Below are positions 19,434 through 28,394 of a stretch of DNA of 44,963 nucleotides, one piece after another. The notes below the pieces were generated by a model. The model ran no database searches and was not told the DNA's origin. It saw nothing but the letters and a program-made list of their open reading frames with translations. Position 1 is the stretch's first letter. Each line of letters starts with the position of its first letter. This stretch comes from a virus. Taxonomy: Duplodnaviria > Caudoviricetes. Made by a program: the position numbers and the translations under genes. The stretch is from IMG/VR virus record IMGVR_UViG_3300005662_000002, positions 1 to 44,963 of that record; one strand, given 5' to 3'.

Positions 19434-19822
19434 TTTTTAAAATTTTCAATTAATTGAATCGCTTCGTCTTCACTTTTTATAATACCAGTTATACATCCAC
19501 CTTTTTTGGTGTTATTATAAAAAATAATTTGTTCGGGAGAAACTTTCCCACTAGGTTTTTTTACTTCGATTGCCGTAAATACACCAATTTTTCTACCAAT
19601 CATTTCGGGTGTTATTTCAATCTCAGTCCATCCAATTAAGTCGGATGAACCTTTGACTAATCCGAAACGAACGGGACGTGCTTGCTCGATGTAAACTCCA
19701 CCTGTATTGGTACGCTTAACATTACCTTGCCATGCTTGTCCCGTATTGTTTCTAAAAATTGTTGATTTTGTGTATTTAGACAACGCAAGTCTAATAATGT
19801 TTTGTATTTCTTGTTCTTGCAT
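19424..19822 (-). CDS. VRR-NUC domain nuclease
   Basis: GSSDLIG, AIEVK and SPEQ motifs. Confidence 0.88.
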   Translation of the reverse strand: MQEQEIQNIIRLALSKYTKSTIFRNNTGQAWQGNVKRTNTGGVYIEQARPVRFGLVKGSSDLIGWTEIEITPEMIGRKIGVFTAIEVKKPSGKVSPEQIIFYNNTKKGGCITGIIKSEDEAIQLIENFKKCQ

Positions 19823-19844
19823 GGTTAAATAGATTGATTTTTTT

Positions 19845-19868
19845 TACAAATATATTTAATATTTTGAC
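19845..19868 (-). promoter_or_regulatory. conserved phage promoter (copy 2)
   Basis: Minus strand GTCAAAATATTAAA-TATATTTG-TA. Confidence 0.7.
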
Positions 19869-19871
19869 ATA

Positions 19872-21257
19872 TCAAAACAATTTTTCATTTCTACTCTTAA
19901 ATAAATGATTTGCCCATCCCCTCTTATACCCATATTTTTTCTCCAATTCTTGCAAGTCTTCTAGTTTTTTGGCTCTAGCAATTTCAATTCTCTTGCTTTG
20001 TTTGATCGCTATTTTTTGCGCTTCCGTTATTAATTCAAGTTCACCATCAACTTGTTCAATCATATTGTCTCTACGCTTTTGTACTTCACCACAAATAGGA
20101 CAAATTGGTGCAGGTTCAAATACGGCATAACATGATTCACATTGAGAAACTCTTAAATTTTCGTCTCTTTCTTGTTTACCTCTTTTACCTTTTTTTGTAC
20201 CTTCCAAGCTCCATTCTCGATCGTCTTCGGGAAAACCATGTAATTTGTAATTCCCAACATGATCTAAAATTATTGCTTGTGTTTTACCTTCGACAGTTCT
20301 TAATGCTCTTCCAACTTGTTGCAAATACAATGACATTGATAAAGTTCTACGAAGTAAAATAGCGCATCCAATTGCAGGAATATCCGTACCTTCCGAAATT
20401 AGATCACATGAAGCAACGACATCAACACTTCCATTGCCAAGTCCATTTAAAATACGTGTACGTGTTTCATCATCCATTGTTCCATCAACGGAATATGCCG
20501 AATATCCTGCACTTCTAAATTCGTTTGCAACGTGTTCCGCATGTTCAATTGAAATGCAAAATGCAACCGCTGGAGTTTTAGGACATAATTTTGTGTAATG
20601 TTTAACCGCATCCCCAGTTATTGTAGGTTTATCAATTATTCCCAACATTTCTTTTTTGTCGTAATCCCCTCTCACGATTTTAATTTTACTAAAATTAATG
20701 TTTGTTGGTGGAGCATACATTACTGGTTTTACTAAACGTTTTCGTTTAATCAATTCACTAATTTGTGGACCAGAAACAATTTCATCGTAACAATCATTTA
20801 AACCTTTACCATCGGAACGAATTGGAGTTGCCGAAACTCCCAATGTTCTTGCATCGAAAAAATAATCCGTAATTTTTTTATAAGTAGAACTAACCGCATG
20901 GTGACATTCATCGACAATAATTAAATCGGGAGGATCAATTTGATCTAAACGTTTAACCAATGTTTGAACGGAAGCAACTTGAACTTTTTCGAATCTACTA
21001 GGTGTATATTTTGGATTTATAATTCCATGTTTTACACCCGATTTATTCAATGCTTTTGAAGTTTGTCGAAGTAATTCTATTCGGTGAACTAATATTAAAA
21101 CATTTGATCCTTTACCAACTGAAAGTCTTGCAATTTCCGAAAAAACTACTGTTTTTCCACCTCCCGTTGGTAGAACGAACAACACATTGTCATTCGTTCT
21201 AAAAGCATTCCTAATGTCGTCTACTCCTTTTTGTTGATAGTCGAATAATTGAATCAT
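19872..21257 (-). CDS. SF2 DEAD/DEAH-box helicase with C-terminal zinc finger
   Basis: LPTGGGKT, DECHH, SATP, QQVGRALR and CESC..CPICG motifs. Confidence 0.95.
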   Translation of the reverse strand: MIQLFDYQQKGVDDIRNAFRTNDNVLFVLPTGGGKTVVFSEIARLSVGKGSNVLILVHRIELLRQTSKALNKSGVKHGIINPKYTPSRFEKVQVASVQTLVKRLDQIDPPDLIIVDECHHAVSSTYKKITDYFFDARTLGVSATPIRSDGKGLNDCYDEIVSGPQISELIKRKRLVKPVMYAPPTNINFSKIKIVRGDYDKKEMLGIIDKPTITGDAVKHYTKLCPKTPAVAFCISIEHAEHVANEFRSAGYSAYSVDGTMDDETRTRILNGLGNGSVDVVASCDLISEGTDIPAIGCAILLRRTLSMSLYLQQVGRALRTVEGKTQAIILDHVGNYKLHGFPEDDREWSLEGTKKGKRGKQERDENLRVSQCESCYAVFEPAPICPICGEVQKRRDNMIEQVDGELELITEAQKIAIKQSKRIEIARAKKLEDLQELEKKYGYKRGWANHLFKSRNEKLF

Positions 21258-21646
21258 CTTTTGTTTTTAATGTCGATTTCTAACTTATGCAAATTAATTA
21301 ATGTTTGAGAAGTTTTTGATATTCCATTGGCAATATTAACATCAATAGTTCCATTTTTTAAATCCTTAATTGTTTGCATCAAAATATCCTTTGTTTCTTC
21401 AATGTAATTTTTATTTTCCATTTTATTACTTTTTTTAATTTCAAAATTTAAAAGATATAAATCTAGTTCACTATCTTTTATAATTATTTTTTTTAATTCA
21501 AAACCTATTTTAAAAGTGAATGCATGTTCATTTGTTCCGTTATAAAATATATAATCAATTACTTCATAAAACAAATTATCTTTAATATTCAAATATCTTT
21601 TACCTTTTTCAAGCATGAGAATGTAGTTTTTTAAATGTATCAACAA
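21254..21646 (-). CDS. hypothetical protein
   Basis: 130-aa ORF coupled to the helicase gene. Confidence 0.6.
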   Translation of the reverse strand: MLIHLKNYILMLEKGKRYLNIKDNLFYEVIDYIFYNGTNEHAFTFKIGFELKKIIIKDSELDLYLLNFEIKKSNKMENKNYIEETKDILMQTIKDLKNGTIDVNIANGISKTSQTLINLHKLEIDIKNKR

Positions 21647-22040
21647 TTACAATTATAGCATCAATTGTTATTTCGTCTCGTATCACAACAATTGAATTGC
21701 AAACATTACAAAAAAGCATTCCATTTGAATAATAAGTTTTATAATCCCTTTTTAATTCTCTTTTGAGAAAAATATTTTGACGAACTAATCCAACAAATTT
21801 TTCATCTATATTTTCACTTTTTAAATTTGTACAATGTCTTTTTATAAAGCCATGTTTCACTGTTCCATTGGATAAAAAATTTTGATAATAATCAATTTTA
21901 CGTTTCATTTTTTTTTGATTATTACGACAATCTTTACATGGTTGTTGATAATAGCTTTGAGTATTTAAACGTCTTTTATCTTTTTGATATTCTGATACGT
22001 TTTTTTCTAAATTACACTTATTACAAATTTTTGTTGACAT
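21609..22040 (-). CDS. zinc-finger protein
   Basis: KICNKC..CKDC N-terminal zinc finger and a further CNVC. Confidence 0.65.
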   Translation of the reverse strand: MSTKICNKCNLEKNVSEYQKDKRRLNTQSYYQQPCKDCRNNQKKMKRKIDYYQNFLSNGTVKHGFIKRHCTNLKSENIDEKFVGLVRQNIFLKRELKRDYKTYYSNGMLFCNVCNSIVVIRDEITIDAIIVIVDTFKKLHSHA

Positions 22041-22046
22041 AAAAAA

Positions 22047-22334
22047 TTAAAAATAAAGTACATCAACACTAACATTCGGAACAGTAATATACATTTGTTT
22101 TGATCCAACTTTATATGCCGTTACATGAACATTTTTATCTTTTAAAATTCCAAGTTCGGTACAAATACCTTCTACTTTACGTCCAGAAGCAAGTGTAATC
22201 ATAACTTCATCACCAATTGAACACGGAGCGTTAAAATCAATGTATTTTTGTCTTGTAACGGCTTGTAATTCGTCCAATTTTTTGCGTTGTTCCGCAATGT
22301 TTTCTAATTCTTTTAAATAAATTTCTTTTATCAT
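22047..22334 (-). CDS. hypothetical protein
   Basis: 95-aa ORF coupled to thyX. Confidence 0.65.
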   Translation of the reverse strand: MIKEIYLKELENIAEQRKKLDELQAVTRQKYIDFNAPCSIGDEVMITLASGRKVEGICTELGILKDKNVHVTAYKVGSKQMYITVPNVSVDVLYF

Positions 22335-22972
22335 AATCCAAAAACTTTAAATGATTCGTTAAAAACTCCTTTTTCTTTTACTTGATCTAGCATTTCAGCA
22401 ACCAATTCTCTAGTTTCTTGTTGAGCGTCCGATTTTAAACGTTGTTTGCATAATCGAATAAATGAAAAAAGCGATCCAGTCCATACCATTGTAGTATTAA
22501 GATTTAATGGTAAAATAGTTCTAGCTTGTTCCTTCGAAACTCCTAATTTTATTAAGTCATTGTATGCTTGTTTACAAAACTCAACAACGTTATGCTCAAT
22601 AATATTACATTGTTCTTGTATCTCAAAACTCAAAGGTTCAGCACTACCTTGCTTACTATCTTTGCTTTGTTTTCTCCATTCTCGAATAAGCGTATATGTA
22701 TCTGAAAAATCGACATAACGACCACTTATCGAGTTATACTCGACACCTGCCTGTGTTTTAACAGTTTGTCTTTCAACATAAATTGGAATTTGCAATCTAA
22801 ATTGTAAACGTGGATGACTAAATGGCGACCAATGATTGTGACGTGCCAAATAAGATAATAGTTTGTTATTTTGCTCTTCCGTGTAATCTTTTGATAATTT
22901 ATCAAAACTTACTCTAGCTGCCAATGTAACCATGGCATCATTTCCAAATGTATCTAATAATTCTACTTTCAT
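22331..22972 (-). CDS. thyX: FAD-dependent thymidylate synthase
   Basis: AARVSF, HNHWSPF, NSISGRY, EQARTILP and DAQQE motifs; likely start MKVELL at 22972. Confidence 0.92.
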   Translation of the reverse strand: MKVELLDTFGNDAMVTLAARVSFDKLSKDYTEEQNNKLLSYLARHNHWSPFSHPRLQFRLQIPIYVERQTVKTQAGVEYNSISGRYVDFSDTYTLIREWRKQSKDSKQGSAEPLSFEIQEQCNIIEHNVVEFCKQAYNDLIKLGVSKEQARTILPLNLNTTMVWTGSLFSFIRLCKQRLKSDAQQETRELVAEMLDQVKEKGVFNESFKVFGL

Positions 22973-22973
22973 T

Positions 22974-23180
22974 TTAATTTGATTTAAATGTTTCGTTGTA
23001 ATATTGTTGAGCAAATTCTTCCGATTCTTTATTTGTTGCACCAATAATATAATCGGTAGATTTTACAGCATCAATTATTTGTTGTTTTTCCATTTCAAGG
23101 GCTTTTTTTAAAAAATATTCCCAATCTCCTAATGGATATTCTATCTGTTGGTTATATAACCATTCTACTGCCGTTTTCAT
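22974..23180 (-). CDS. hypothetical protein
   Basis: MKTAVEWL..ALEMEKQQIIDA..QYYNETF pattern, recalled from Bacteroidota phages. Confidence 0.75.
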   Translation of the reverse strand: MKTAVEWLYNQQIEYPLGDWEYFLKKALEMEKQQIIDAVKSTDYIIGATNKESEEFAQQYYNETFKSN

Positions 23181-23542
23181 AACTTCTCACTTAAAAATCT
23201 CATTAATAATGTTGCTAAATCGTTTGAACTAATACCACTAATTTTTATTTGTTCTTGAATCCAACCTCCTAGAGTATTTTTAGCGTCTTTAAACTCATTG
23301 GATTGATTGTCTTGTATCTGTTGTATATACATACCTAAATCATCGCTAAAACTTTGTAAAAACGCATGGTTTTGTAGATTTGCTGGTTTTTCTAAATCTC
23401 CAATGTAATACACTAGATTACATGCTCTTTTGGTATTCTTTGTAACCAACCAAATTCCATCGTGCAAGTTAGGATAATCAACTCCTGCTGGCACATATTT
23501 TCGTCCTTGTTTAATGAAATACTGTTCCATATTATAACTCAT
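23177..23542 (-). CDS. hypothetical protein
   Basis: 121-aa ORF coupled to neighbours. Confidence 0.65.
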   Translation of the reverse strand: MSYNMEQYFIKQGRKYVPAGVDYPNLHDGIWLVTKNTKRACNLVYYIGDLEKPANLQNHAFLQSFSDDLGMYIQQIQDNQSNEFKDAKNTLGGWIQEQIKISGISSNDLATLLMRFLSEKL

Positions 23543-23828
23543 TAAATTTTTCTACTTTAACCTTTAAAACTCCTTGTTTTAAATTGGCAATTCTTTTAAA
23601 TGCTCCTTCCGATAAGTCTAATTTCATACCTTTGAATCCACCTCGATCGTTTACTTTAACGACAACGGATTTACCATTGGCAATATTGGTTACTTCTAAC
23701 ATTGTACCTATTTTATAATAATTGGATGCACAAGTAAATTTGTTTTTGTCGAATTTTTCACCCGAAGCGGTTAATCTACCATGGAAAACTCCACCATAAA
23801 ATGTCGCTAAAAAAAATAATGTTTTCAT
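23532..23828 (-). CDS. RlpA-like double-psi beta-barrel lytic transglycosylase
   Basis: ATFYG, TASGE, VTN..NGKSVVVKVNDRG and LDLS motifs. Confidence 0.88.
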   Translation of the reverse strand: MKTLFFLATFYGGVFHGRLTASGEKFDKNKFTCASNYYKIGTMLEVTNIANGKSVVVKVNDRGGFKGMKLDLSEGAFKRIANLKQGVLKVKVEKFNEL

Positions 23829-24190
23829 ATATTATAAAGTTTTGAGATTAATTCACTAATTCCATAATCAATTAATATTTTTTTACCATTATCATCAATT
23901 CCCCAATTGCTATATTTATATAAATCGCACATAACTATATCTAATTCTTCAATATTGTTTTTAATTTTAAAAACTTCTAAATGATGAACCTCTTTTACGG
24001 GTTTATATCGCTTCATGCATACAATCCCTCTTTTGCACCAATAAAGCTCTCCAAGAAGTCCTAAATGACCATATTTTGCCCATATAAATTCTTCTTGTTT
24101 ACATTGCAAATAACCTCTTAAACTAATTGGAAATTTTAAAACATAATCTTTAAAGATTAAAACAACTCTAGTGCTAATTTTAATTTTCAT
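23825..24190 (-). CDS. minimal protein-kinase-like protein
   Basis: VLKFP (Lys), QEE (Glu), DLYKYSNWG catalytic-loop-like and ILIDYG (DFG-like) motifs. Confidence 0.6.
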   Translation of the reverse strand: MKIKISTRVVLIFKDYVLKFPISLRGYLQCKQEEFIWAKYGHLGLLGELYWCKRGIVCMKRYKPVKEVHHLEVFKIKNNIEELDIVMCDLYKYSNWGIDDNGKKILIDYGISELISKLYNI

Positions 24191-24198
24191 GGTTCAGA

Positions 24199-24735
24199 TT
24201 ATAAAAGCGGTTTTGCTTGTTCGATTAAATCTTTAAAATTTTCTAAGAAAGTATCTCTTAATTCGGCTGTTTTGAACGATAATACACCATGTGAATTATA
24301 CCATGAAGCTCTATCAATCCTATTATTATTAAGATAAATAATATATTTCATTTGATCACCATTACTCCAATCACACCAATTTGCTAAAGGTTCACCATTG
24401 TATGCGTCTCTTAATTGGCAAAGTTGAGATAGCGATAAACATGCTTCTGCTTCCGCTTCTGTTGGGAAAATATTTTGATTATCTAAATCTGTTGAATATC
24501 CAAGATCAAAATTTAATGCCGTACATACTTCGCTATCATCATCAACGTAAAATCCTTTTACTTTCCTTAACTCTACCCAGCTTTTTGGTAAAACACGTTC
24601 AATTTTAATCTCCTCAATAAAACCATCTATAATTAGTTGTTTTATTGCTTCTTGATTGAAGTATTTCTCTAAATCTTCTTTGCTTACTTTATCGTTTTTG
24701 CAAAACCATAAGCATGGTCTATTTACTTTGTACAT
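24199..24735 (-). CDS. hypothetical protein
   Basis: 178-aa ORF with LSQLCQLRDAYN..LSFKTAELRDTFL. Confidence 0.7.
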   Translation of the reverse strand: MYKVNRPCLWFCKNDKVSKEDLEKYFNQEAIKQLIIDGFIEEIKIERVLPKSWVELRKVKGFYVDDDSEVCTALNFDLGYSTDLDNQNIFPTEAEAEACLSLSQLCQLRDAYNGEPLANWCDWSNGDQMKYIIYLNNNRIDRASWYNSHGVLSFKTAELRDTFLENFKDLIEQAKPLL

Positions 24736-24740
24736 TTTAT

Positions 24741-25037
24741 TTAATTTAAATTGTTAAAAATTTCTTTTTCCGATTCGCTCAATTCATCATAAGTTGGAAC
24801 TTTATAACCTAAAATCATTTCGTTTTCACTTAGATATGATTCGTTTTTATGACCTAATGATGGAGCGACTATTAACGGAATCATTTTGTAATAACTTCTT
24901 AATAAGTTTTTACTTACTCCAAGGTGGTCGGCTATTTCATCAACCTTCCACCCTGCTTTTAAGTAAGTGTTTACTTTACATTTGAACTCCGTTATTTGTC
25001 TAGGTGTTTCAAACCTCCTCATGTGGGAAAAACTCAA
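24741..25037 (-). CDS. HTH DNA-binding protein
   Basis: GWKVDEIADHLGVSKNLL helix-turn-helix. Confidence 0.65.
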   Translation of the reverse strand: MSFSHMRRFETPRQITEFKCKVNTYLKAGWKVDEIADHLGVSKNLLRSYYKMIPLIVAPSLGHKNESYLSENEMILGYKVPTYDELSESEKEIFNNLN

Positions 25038-25428
25038 TTATTTTAGTCTCAACAATTGATTCAAGTTCGAAGTTATGTAAAACTGGACCTAACATTTCTT
25101 TTAAATCTTTTTGAGCATCCTCAATTGATGGAGCGGAAATTAAAAATTTAGATTTAACATTTTTTTCCGAATCTAAATTTAAATGCTTCACTTTGCATGA
25201 AAAAAACAAAACTTCTTTATCGGATTCATCAATAAAAATGTCTTCATAAGAAACTAATTTAATAGCTAATATATTAAATTCACCTCTTATTTGTTTTCCT
25301 AATTCTTCATTTATTCTAGCTTCACAATCCGTAAATGATTCGGAAGCAAATAAATATTCTTCACTAACTCTTTTGAATGATCCGTCTTCGAATTGTTTTG
25401 TGTACTTGATTTTTGATTGAAATAACAT
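25009..25428 (-). CDS. DUF4494 family protein
   Basis: KIKYTKQFEDGSFKRVSEEYLF..SFTDCEARI..SIVETKI; a Bacteroidota-associated family. Confidence 0.8.
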   Translation of the reverse strand: MLFQSKIKYTKQFEDGSFKRVSEEYLFASESFTDCEARINEELGKQIRGEFNILAIKLVSYEDIFIDESDKEVLFFSCKVKHLNLDSEKNVKSKFLISAPSIEDAQKDLKEMLGPVLHNFELESIVETKIIEFFPHEEV

Positions 25429-25439
25429 GGTTTTTTATT

Positions 25440-25856
25440 TTAAAATGGAAGATCGTCTTCCGTTACTATTGCTTGTTCATTTAAAACTACTGGTTGCTCA
25501 ATAGGTTGTTCCGTTACAATTGGAGGTGTTATTTCTCTTCTTTCACCACCACCTAATAATTCTAAATTATTTACATTTAGAACATAATTTACTTCAATTG
25601 TTCCATCATTTTTGGTCCAGATTCTAGCAGAAAGTTTCCCTTCAATTAAAACTTTTGTACCTTTTTTAATGTAACTAATCAATGTAGATTGTAACATTCT
25701 TTCGTTTTGAATGAAACATGAGTACCAATTGGTAATCTCATTATCTTTTGATTTTTCCGTATTTGCAACATTAAATACTGCAAATTGTCTTCCATCACTT
25801 GATGTTTTAATTTCGGCATCCTTGCCTACATTACCCGTTAGAATTGTCTTGTTCAT
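25440..25856 (-). CDS. ssb: single-stranded DNA-binding protein
   Basis: GNVGKD, KGTKVLIEG and acidic DDLPF tail. Confidence 0.93.
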   Translation of the reverse strand: MNKTILTGNVGKDAEIKTSSDGRQFAVFNVANTEKSKDNEITNWYSCFIQNERMLQSTLISYIKKGTKVLIEGKLSARIWTKNDGTIEVNYVLNVNNLELLGGGERREITPPIVTEQPIEQPVVLNEQAIVTEDDLPF

Positions 25857-26031
25857 TGTTATCGTGTTGATTTAAGTTACTTAATAATTTGAACCATTGA
25901 TCTAAAGATTTTGGGTTCTTTAATCTCCAATAATGCCATACTTCACGGCTTACTCCACTTTGAGCTAAAAATTCAAACAATTTAATGTTTCTTTTTTTGC
26001 ATTCTTCTTCGATAAAATCTGTTGCTTTCAT
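25831..26031 (-). CDS. Cro/Xre-like HTH protein
   Basis: 66 aa, EFLAQSGVSREVWHYW; first gene after the promoter at 26051. Confidence 0.6.
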   Translation of the reverse strand: MKATDFIEEECKKRNIKLFEFLAQSGVSREVWHYWRLKNPKSLDQWFKLLSNLNQHDNNEQDNSNG

Positions 26032-26050
26032 TTGATTGATTAATAATTTC

Positions 26051-26074
26051 TACAAATATAATGATTATTTTGAT
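26051..26074 (-). promoter_or_regulatory. conserved phage promoter (copy 3)
   Basis: Minus strand ATCAAAATAATCAT-TATATTTG-TA. Confidence 0.7.
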
Positions 26075-26110
26075 GTAAGATTAAAAAAATTTAATTTATT
26101 TTTTTTTATT

Positions 26111-26144
26111 GTGTATACGCATTGCGTGTATATGCGTGTTATAG
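26111..26144 (+). repeat. truncated attC-like site (array boundary)
   Basis: Imperfect hairpin gtatacgca-t-tgcgtgtat followed by GTTATAG (26138); no upstream TAAC half. Confidence 0.5.
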
Positions 26145-26214
26145 TCGATAGCTTAGTTTCTCGTTCCAATATTATTTTGTGCAGGAAAAAGAAATAAAAA
26201 GCCATCGCACTTTT

Positions 26215-27123
26215 TTAATTCGCTTTACAAAAACAATCAAATTCTAAATCATATTCTGGTTCAAAAAAGATTGTTTGCATTTCTCGTTCTTCTTCTTTAT
26301 CTAATTGTTTTCTAAATTGTTTTTTACCGTTATGTATCAATATCGCCTCATCAATTAAATCTTCTAAAGATAAATTTCTGTAAACATCAAACATTGGCTG
26401 TCTATCTGTTGCAAATTCATCTTCTAATTTTTTCCAAAATAAATATTCAGCACTATTTTTTTCTAATTCTTCAATTATCAATGTTATTTTTTTTCGTTTT
26501 GATTTTAAAAAACAATCATCACAATTCCCTTCATAATCTTTTAAATTCAAATCAAAATCTTGCATTTTCCACCATCCACGAATAAACTTTTCGTCAACAT
26601 TTAATTCCGCTAATGGGTAAACTTTTTTTGGATCTGATGAAATTCTATGTTTTTCGTCTGCTCTAATTCCTAATGCTGTAAAATAATCCTTTGTTCCAAA
26701 TATTGAAAAGGCATATTTATGTATAGGAACCTCTTTTAATTCTCTCGTGCAATGTCTGAATAATTTACTTGGTAAACCATACGCTTCACATAATTTATAA
26801 AATAAAGATTCTGTATGAATAACTACATTTCTTCTTTCAGCAGTTTCAAAATTTACAATTTTAAATCCCGATCCAATTCCTTTTTCAGAATTTATAACAC
26901 TCTCTATCCAAACAAGATTAAGATTGAAACGTTTATCACATTCATTTACAAATTGTAAAGTTTCTTCTCTTTCTCTTCCAGTATTAGCAAAAACAAACAA
27001 CACATTCCAATCTTTATATTTTGAATGTTCTTTTATAAATTTACACATCAAAGCAGAAGTTCTACCACCTGAAAACAATACAAGTAAATTTTTGCCCTCG
27101 CTTTTTTTTATTTCTTTTTCCAT
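26215..27123 (-). CDS. PAPS reductase-like (PP-loop/HUP fold) protein; cassette cargo
   Basis: VLFSGGRTS, FANTGRE, CTRELK, GIRADE, YPL and GNCDDCF motifs. Confidence 0.85.
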   Translation of the reverse strand: MEKEIKKSEGKNLLVLFSGGRTSALMCKFIKEHSKYKDWNVLFVFANTGREREETLQFVNECDKRFNLNLVWIESVINSEKGIGSGFKIVNFETAERRNVVIHTESLFYKLCEAYGLPSKLFRHCTRELKEVPIHKYAFSIFGTKDYFTALGIRADEKHRISSDPKKVYPLAELNVDEKFIRGWWKMQDFDLNLKDYEGNCDDCFLKSKRKKITLIIEELEKNSAEYLFWKKLEDEFATDRQPMFDVYRNLSLEDLIDEAILIHNGKKQFRKQLDKEEEREMQTIFFEPEYDLEFDCFCKAN

Positions 27124-27164
27124 TTTTCGTTCTAATTAAATTTATTCTTTAAGTCGCTACCAGA

Positions 27165-27229
27165 CTATAACAGCAATTTGGCGAAAAAACGTACACATCC
27201 AAGGTTCGCCAAGTTGCAAAACGTTATCG
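27165..27229 (+). repeat. attC-like site (65 bp)
   Basis: CTATAAC-a-GCAATTTGGCGAA...TTCGCCAAGTTGC-aaaac-GTTATCG. Confidence 0.8.
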
Positions 27230-27246
27230 TTCACTGTAAAAAACAG

Positions 27247-27762
27247 CTACTCGGATATATTGATTTTCTTTCTCATTTCCGTGAGTTTTTCGTAATGTTC
27301 TATAATAATTTTACAACTATGTGTATGATTTAATTCACAGTTATAATGGATACTATCCCAATGGTCTTTTTTATTAATGGTGCAAGTTGGGCAAGGGTTG
27401 TTCTTTTCATGCCATTCTTGTATAGGTTTATGTGCAATAGCCCATTTTTTATTATTGCTATCACGCTTATCCCATGATTTCACTAATGAATCTCTTATTC
27501 CATCGTCACATACATCTTTAATTCTTACACTCCACCAATCACTTTTAAATGGTTGGTTTTGTTCTTTCATGTAGTTTAAAATCAGGTAAAAATGAAACAT
27601 GAAATCTTCACAAGCAATTTCGTGATATTCATCACCCTCTTTGTTTTCAGCATATATATCATAGCCTAAACAACCTTCATCGCCTCTGTAGGTTTCAATT
27701 TTAATATTTCTATCATAACCATAAGAGGCAAGTAAAATTTTAAAAACGTCTTTATTTGTCAT
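27247..27762 (-). CDS. hypothetical protein with C-terminal Cys/His cluster; cassette cargo
   Basis: Likely start MTNKDV at 27762 (the longer track ORF runs through the attC hairpin); CPTC..H..C..H..C. Confidence 0.7.
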   Translation of the reverse strand: MTNKDVFKILLASYGYDRNIKIETYRGDEGCLGYDIYAENKEGDEYHEIACEDFMFHFYLILNYMKEQNQPFKSDWWSVRIKDVCDDGIRDSLVKSWDKRDSNNKKWAIAHKPIQEWHEKNNPCPTCTINKKDHWDSIHYNCELNHTHSCKIIIEHYEKLTEMRKKINISE

Positions 27763-27797
27763 ATCATTAATAATTAAATTGATTAAAAACAGCGAAA

Positions 27798-27891
27798 CGA
27801 TAACACGGTATATAAAAAATAGCCCATGAAAGTTTCGTGCTATGTTCAAAATTCGTGGTTGGGCTACTTTTCATATACCCACCGTTATAAT
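27798..27891 (+). repeat. attC-like site (94 bp)
   Basis: CGATAAC-ac-GGTATATAAAAAATAGCCCA...TGGGCTACTTTTCATATACC-ccacc-GTTATAA; both stem mismatches become G:T pairs on the bottom strand. Confidence 0.8.
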
Positions 27892-27894
27892 CAA

Positions 27895-28083
27895 TTAATT
27901 TTTTGTTTTGAGTTTTTCTAATTGATTTTGTTTAATACCTTTTAGTTCTTTTAATGAATTTAGAATAGATATTGTTATTGGTGTCTTAATAATACCGTTT
28001 AACGCTTCCATAAACAAAATCTGACCATCTAACTTAGTATCAGATGGTTTAATTTCCATAAGTTTTTTTAACATTTTTTCCAT
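27895..28083 (-). CDS. 62-aa hypothetical protein; cassette cargo
   Basis: Single ORF filling the space between two attC-like sites. Confidence 0.65.
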   Translation of the reverse strand: MEKMLKKLMEIKPSDTKLDGQILFMEALNGIIKTPITISILNSLKELKGIKQNQLEKLKTKN

Positions 28084-28122
28084 ATTTCTTTTTTTTTAAT
28101 TGTAAAACAAAAAATTAACTAA

Positions 28123-28176
28123 GTATAACAAAGAATATGTGTCATTAAAACGAACACATATTCTCAAACGTTATAA
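28123..28176 (+). repeat. attC-like site (54 bp)
   Basis: GTATAAC-aa-AGAATATGTGT...ACACATATTCT-caaac-GTTATAA; perfect 11-bp inner stem. Confidence 0.8.
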
Positions 28177-28377
28177 TCCATTTGACGAAATAACACTATA
28201 TAAACGACTTTTTTTATCGTACACTACATTTTCTTTTGGGATCATTTTAACATCGCTAATTAAAATTTTACAAGGTTCACTTAAATACCATATAAAATCT
28301 TTATCCGTTTCCGAAATTATTCCAGCTTCACAATATTGTGGATTAATTCCTAGAGGTTGAAAATAAATTGTTTCCAT
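28171..28377 (-). CDS. 68-aa hypothetical protein; first gene of the cassette transcript
   Basis: Stop codon lies inside the GTTA core of the attC-like site; follows the promoter at 28395. Confidence 0.65.
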   Translation of the reverse strand: METIYFQPLGINPQYCEAGIISETDKDFIWYLSEPCKILISDVKMIPKENVVYDKKSRLYSVISSNGL

Positions 28378-28394
28378 ATTTTTAATTGATTTTA

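Larger units (their letters stand above)
26139..28170. mobile_element. integrase-less array of three integron-like gene cassettes (CALIN-like)
   Basis: attC-like hairpins separate single genes, and the two ends of each cassette are mutually complementary. Cassettes: 26139-27223, 27224-27885, 27886-28170. Confidence 0.75.

Noticed and set aside
27763-27849. N-terminal extension of ORF 27247-27849
   Set aside because: It runs through the attC-like hairpin; ATG 27762 has a better context and fits inside the cassette.
28139-28360. Plus-strand 73-aa ORF as cassette cargo in canonical orientation
   Set aside because: It starts inside the attC-like stem and is antisense to 28171-28377, which has a promoter and an A-rich start.
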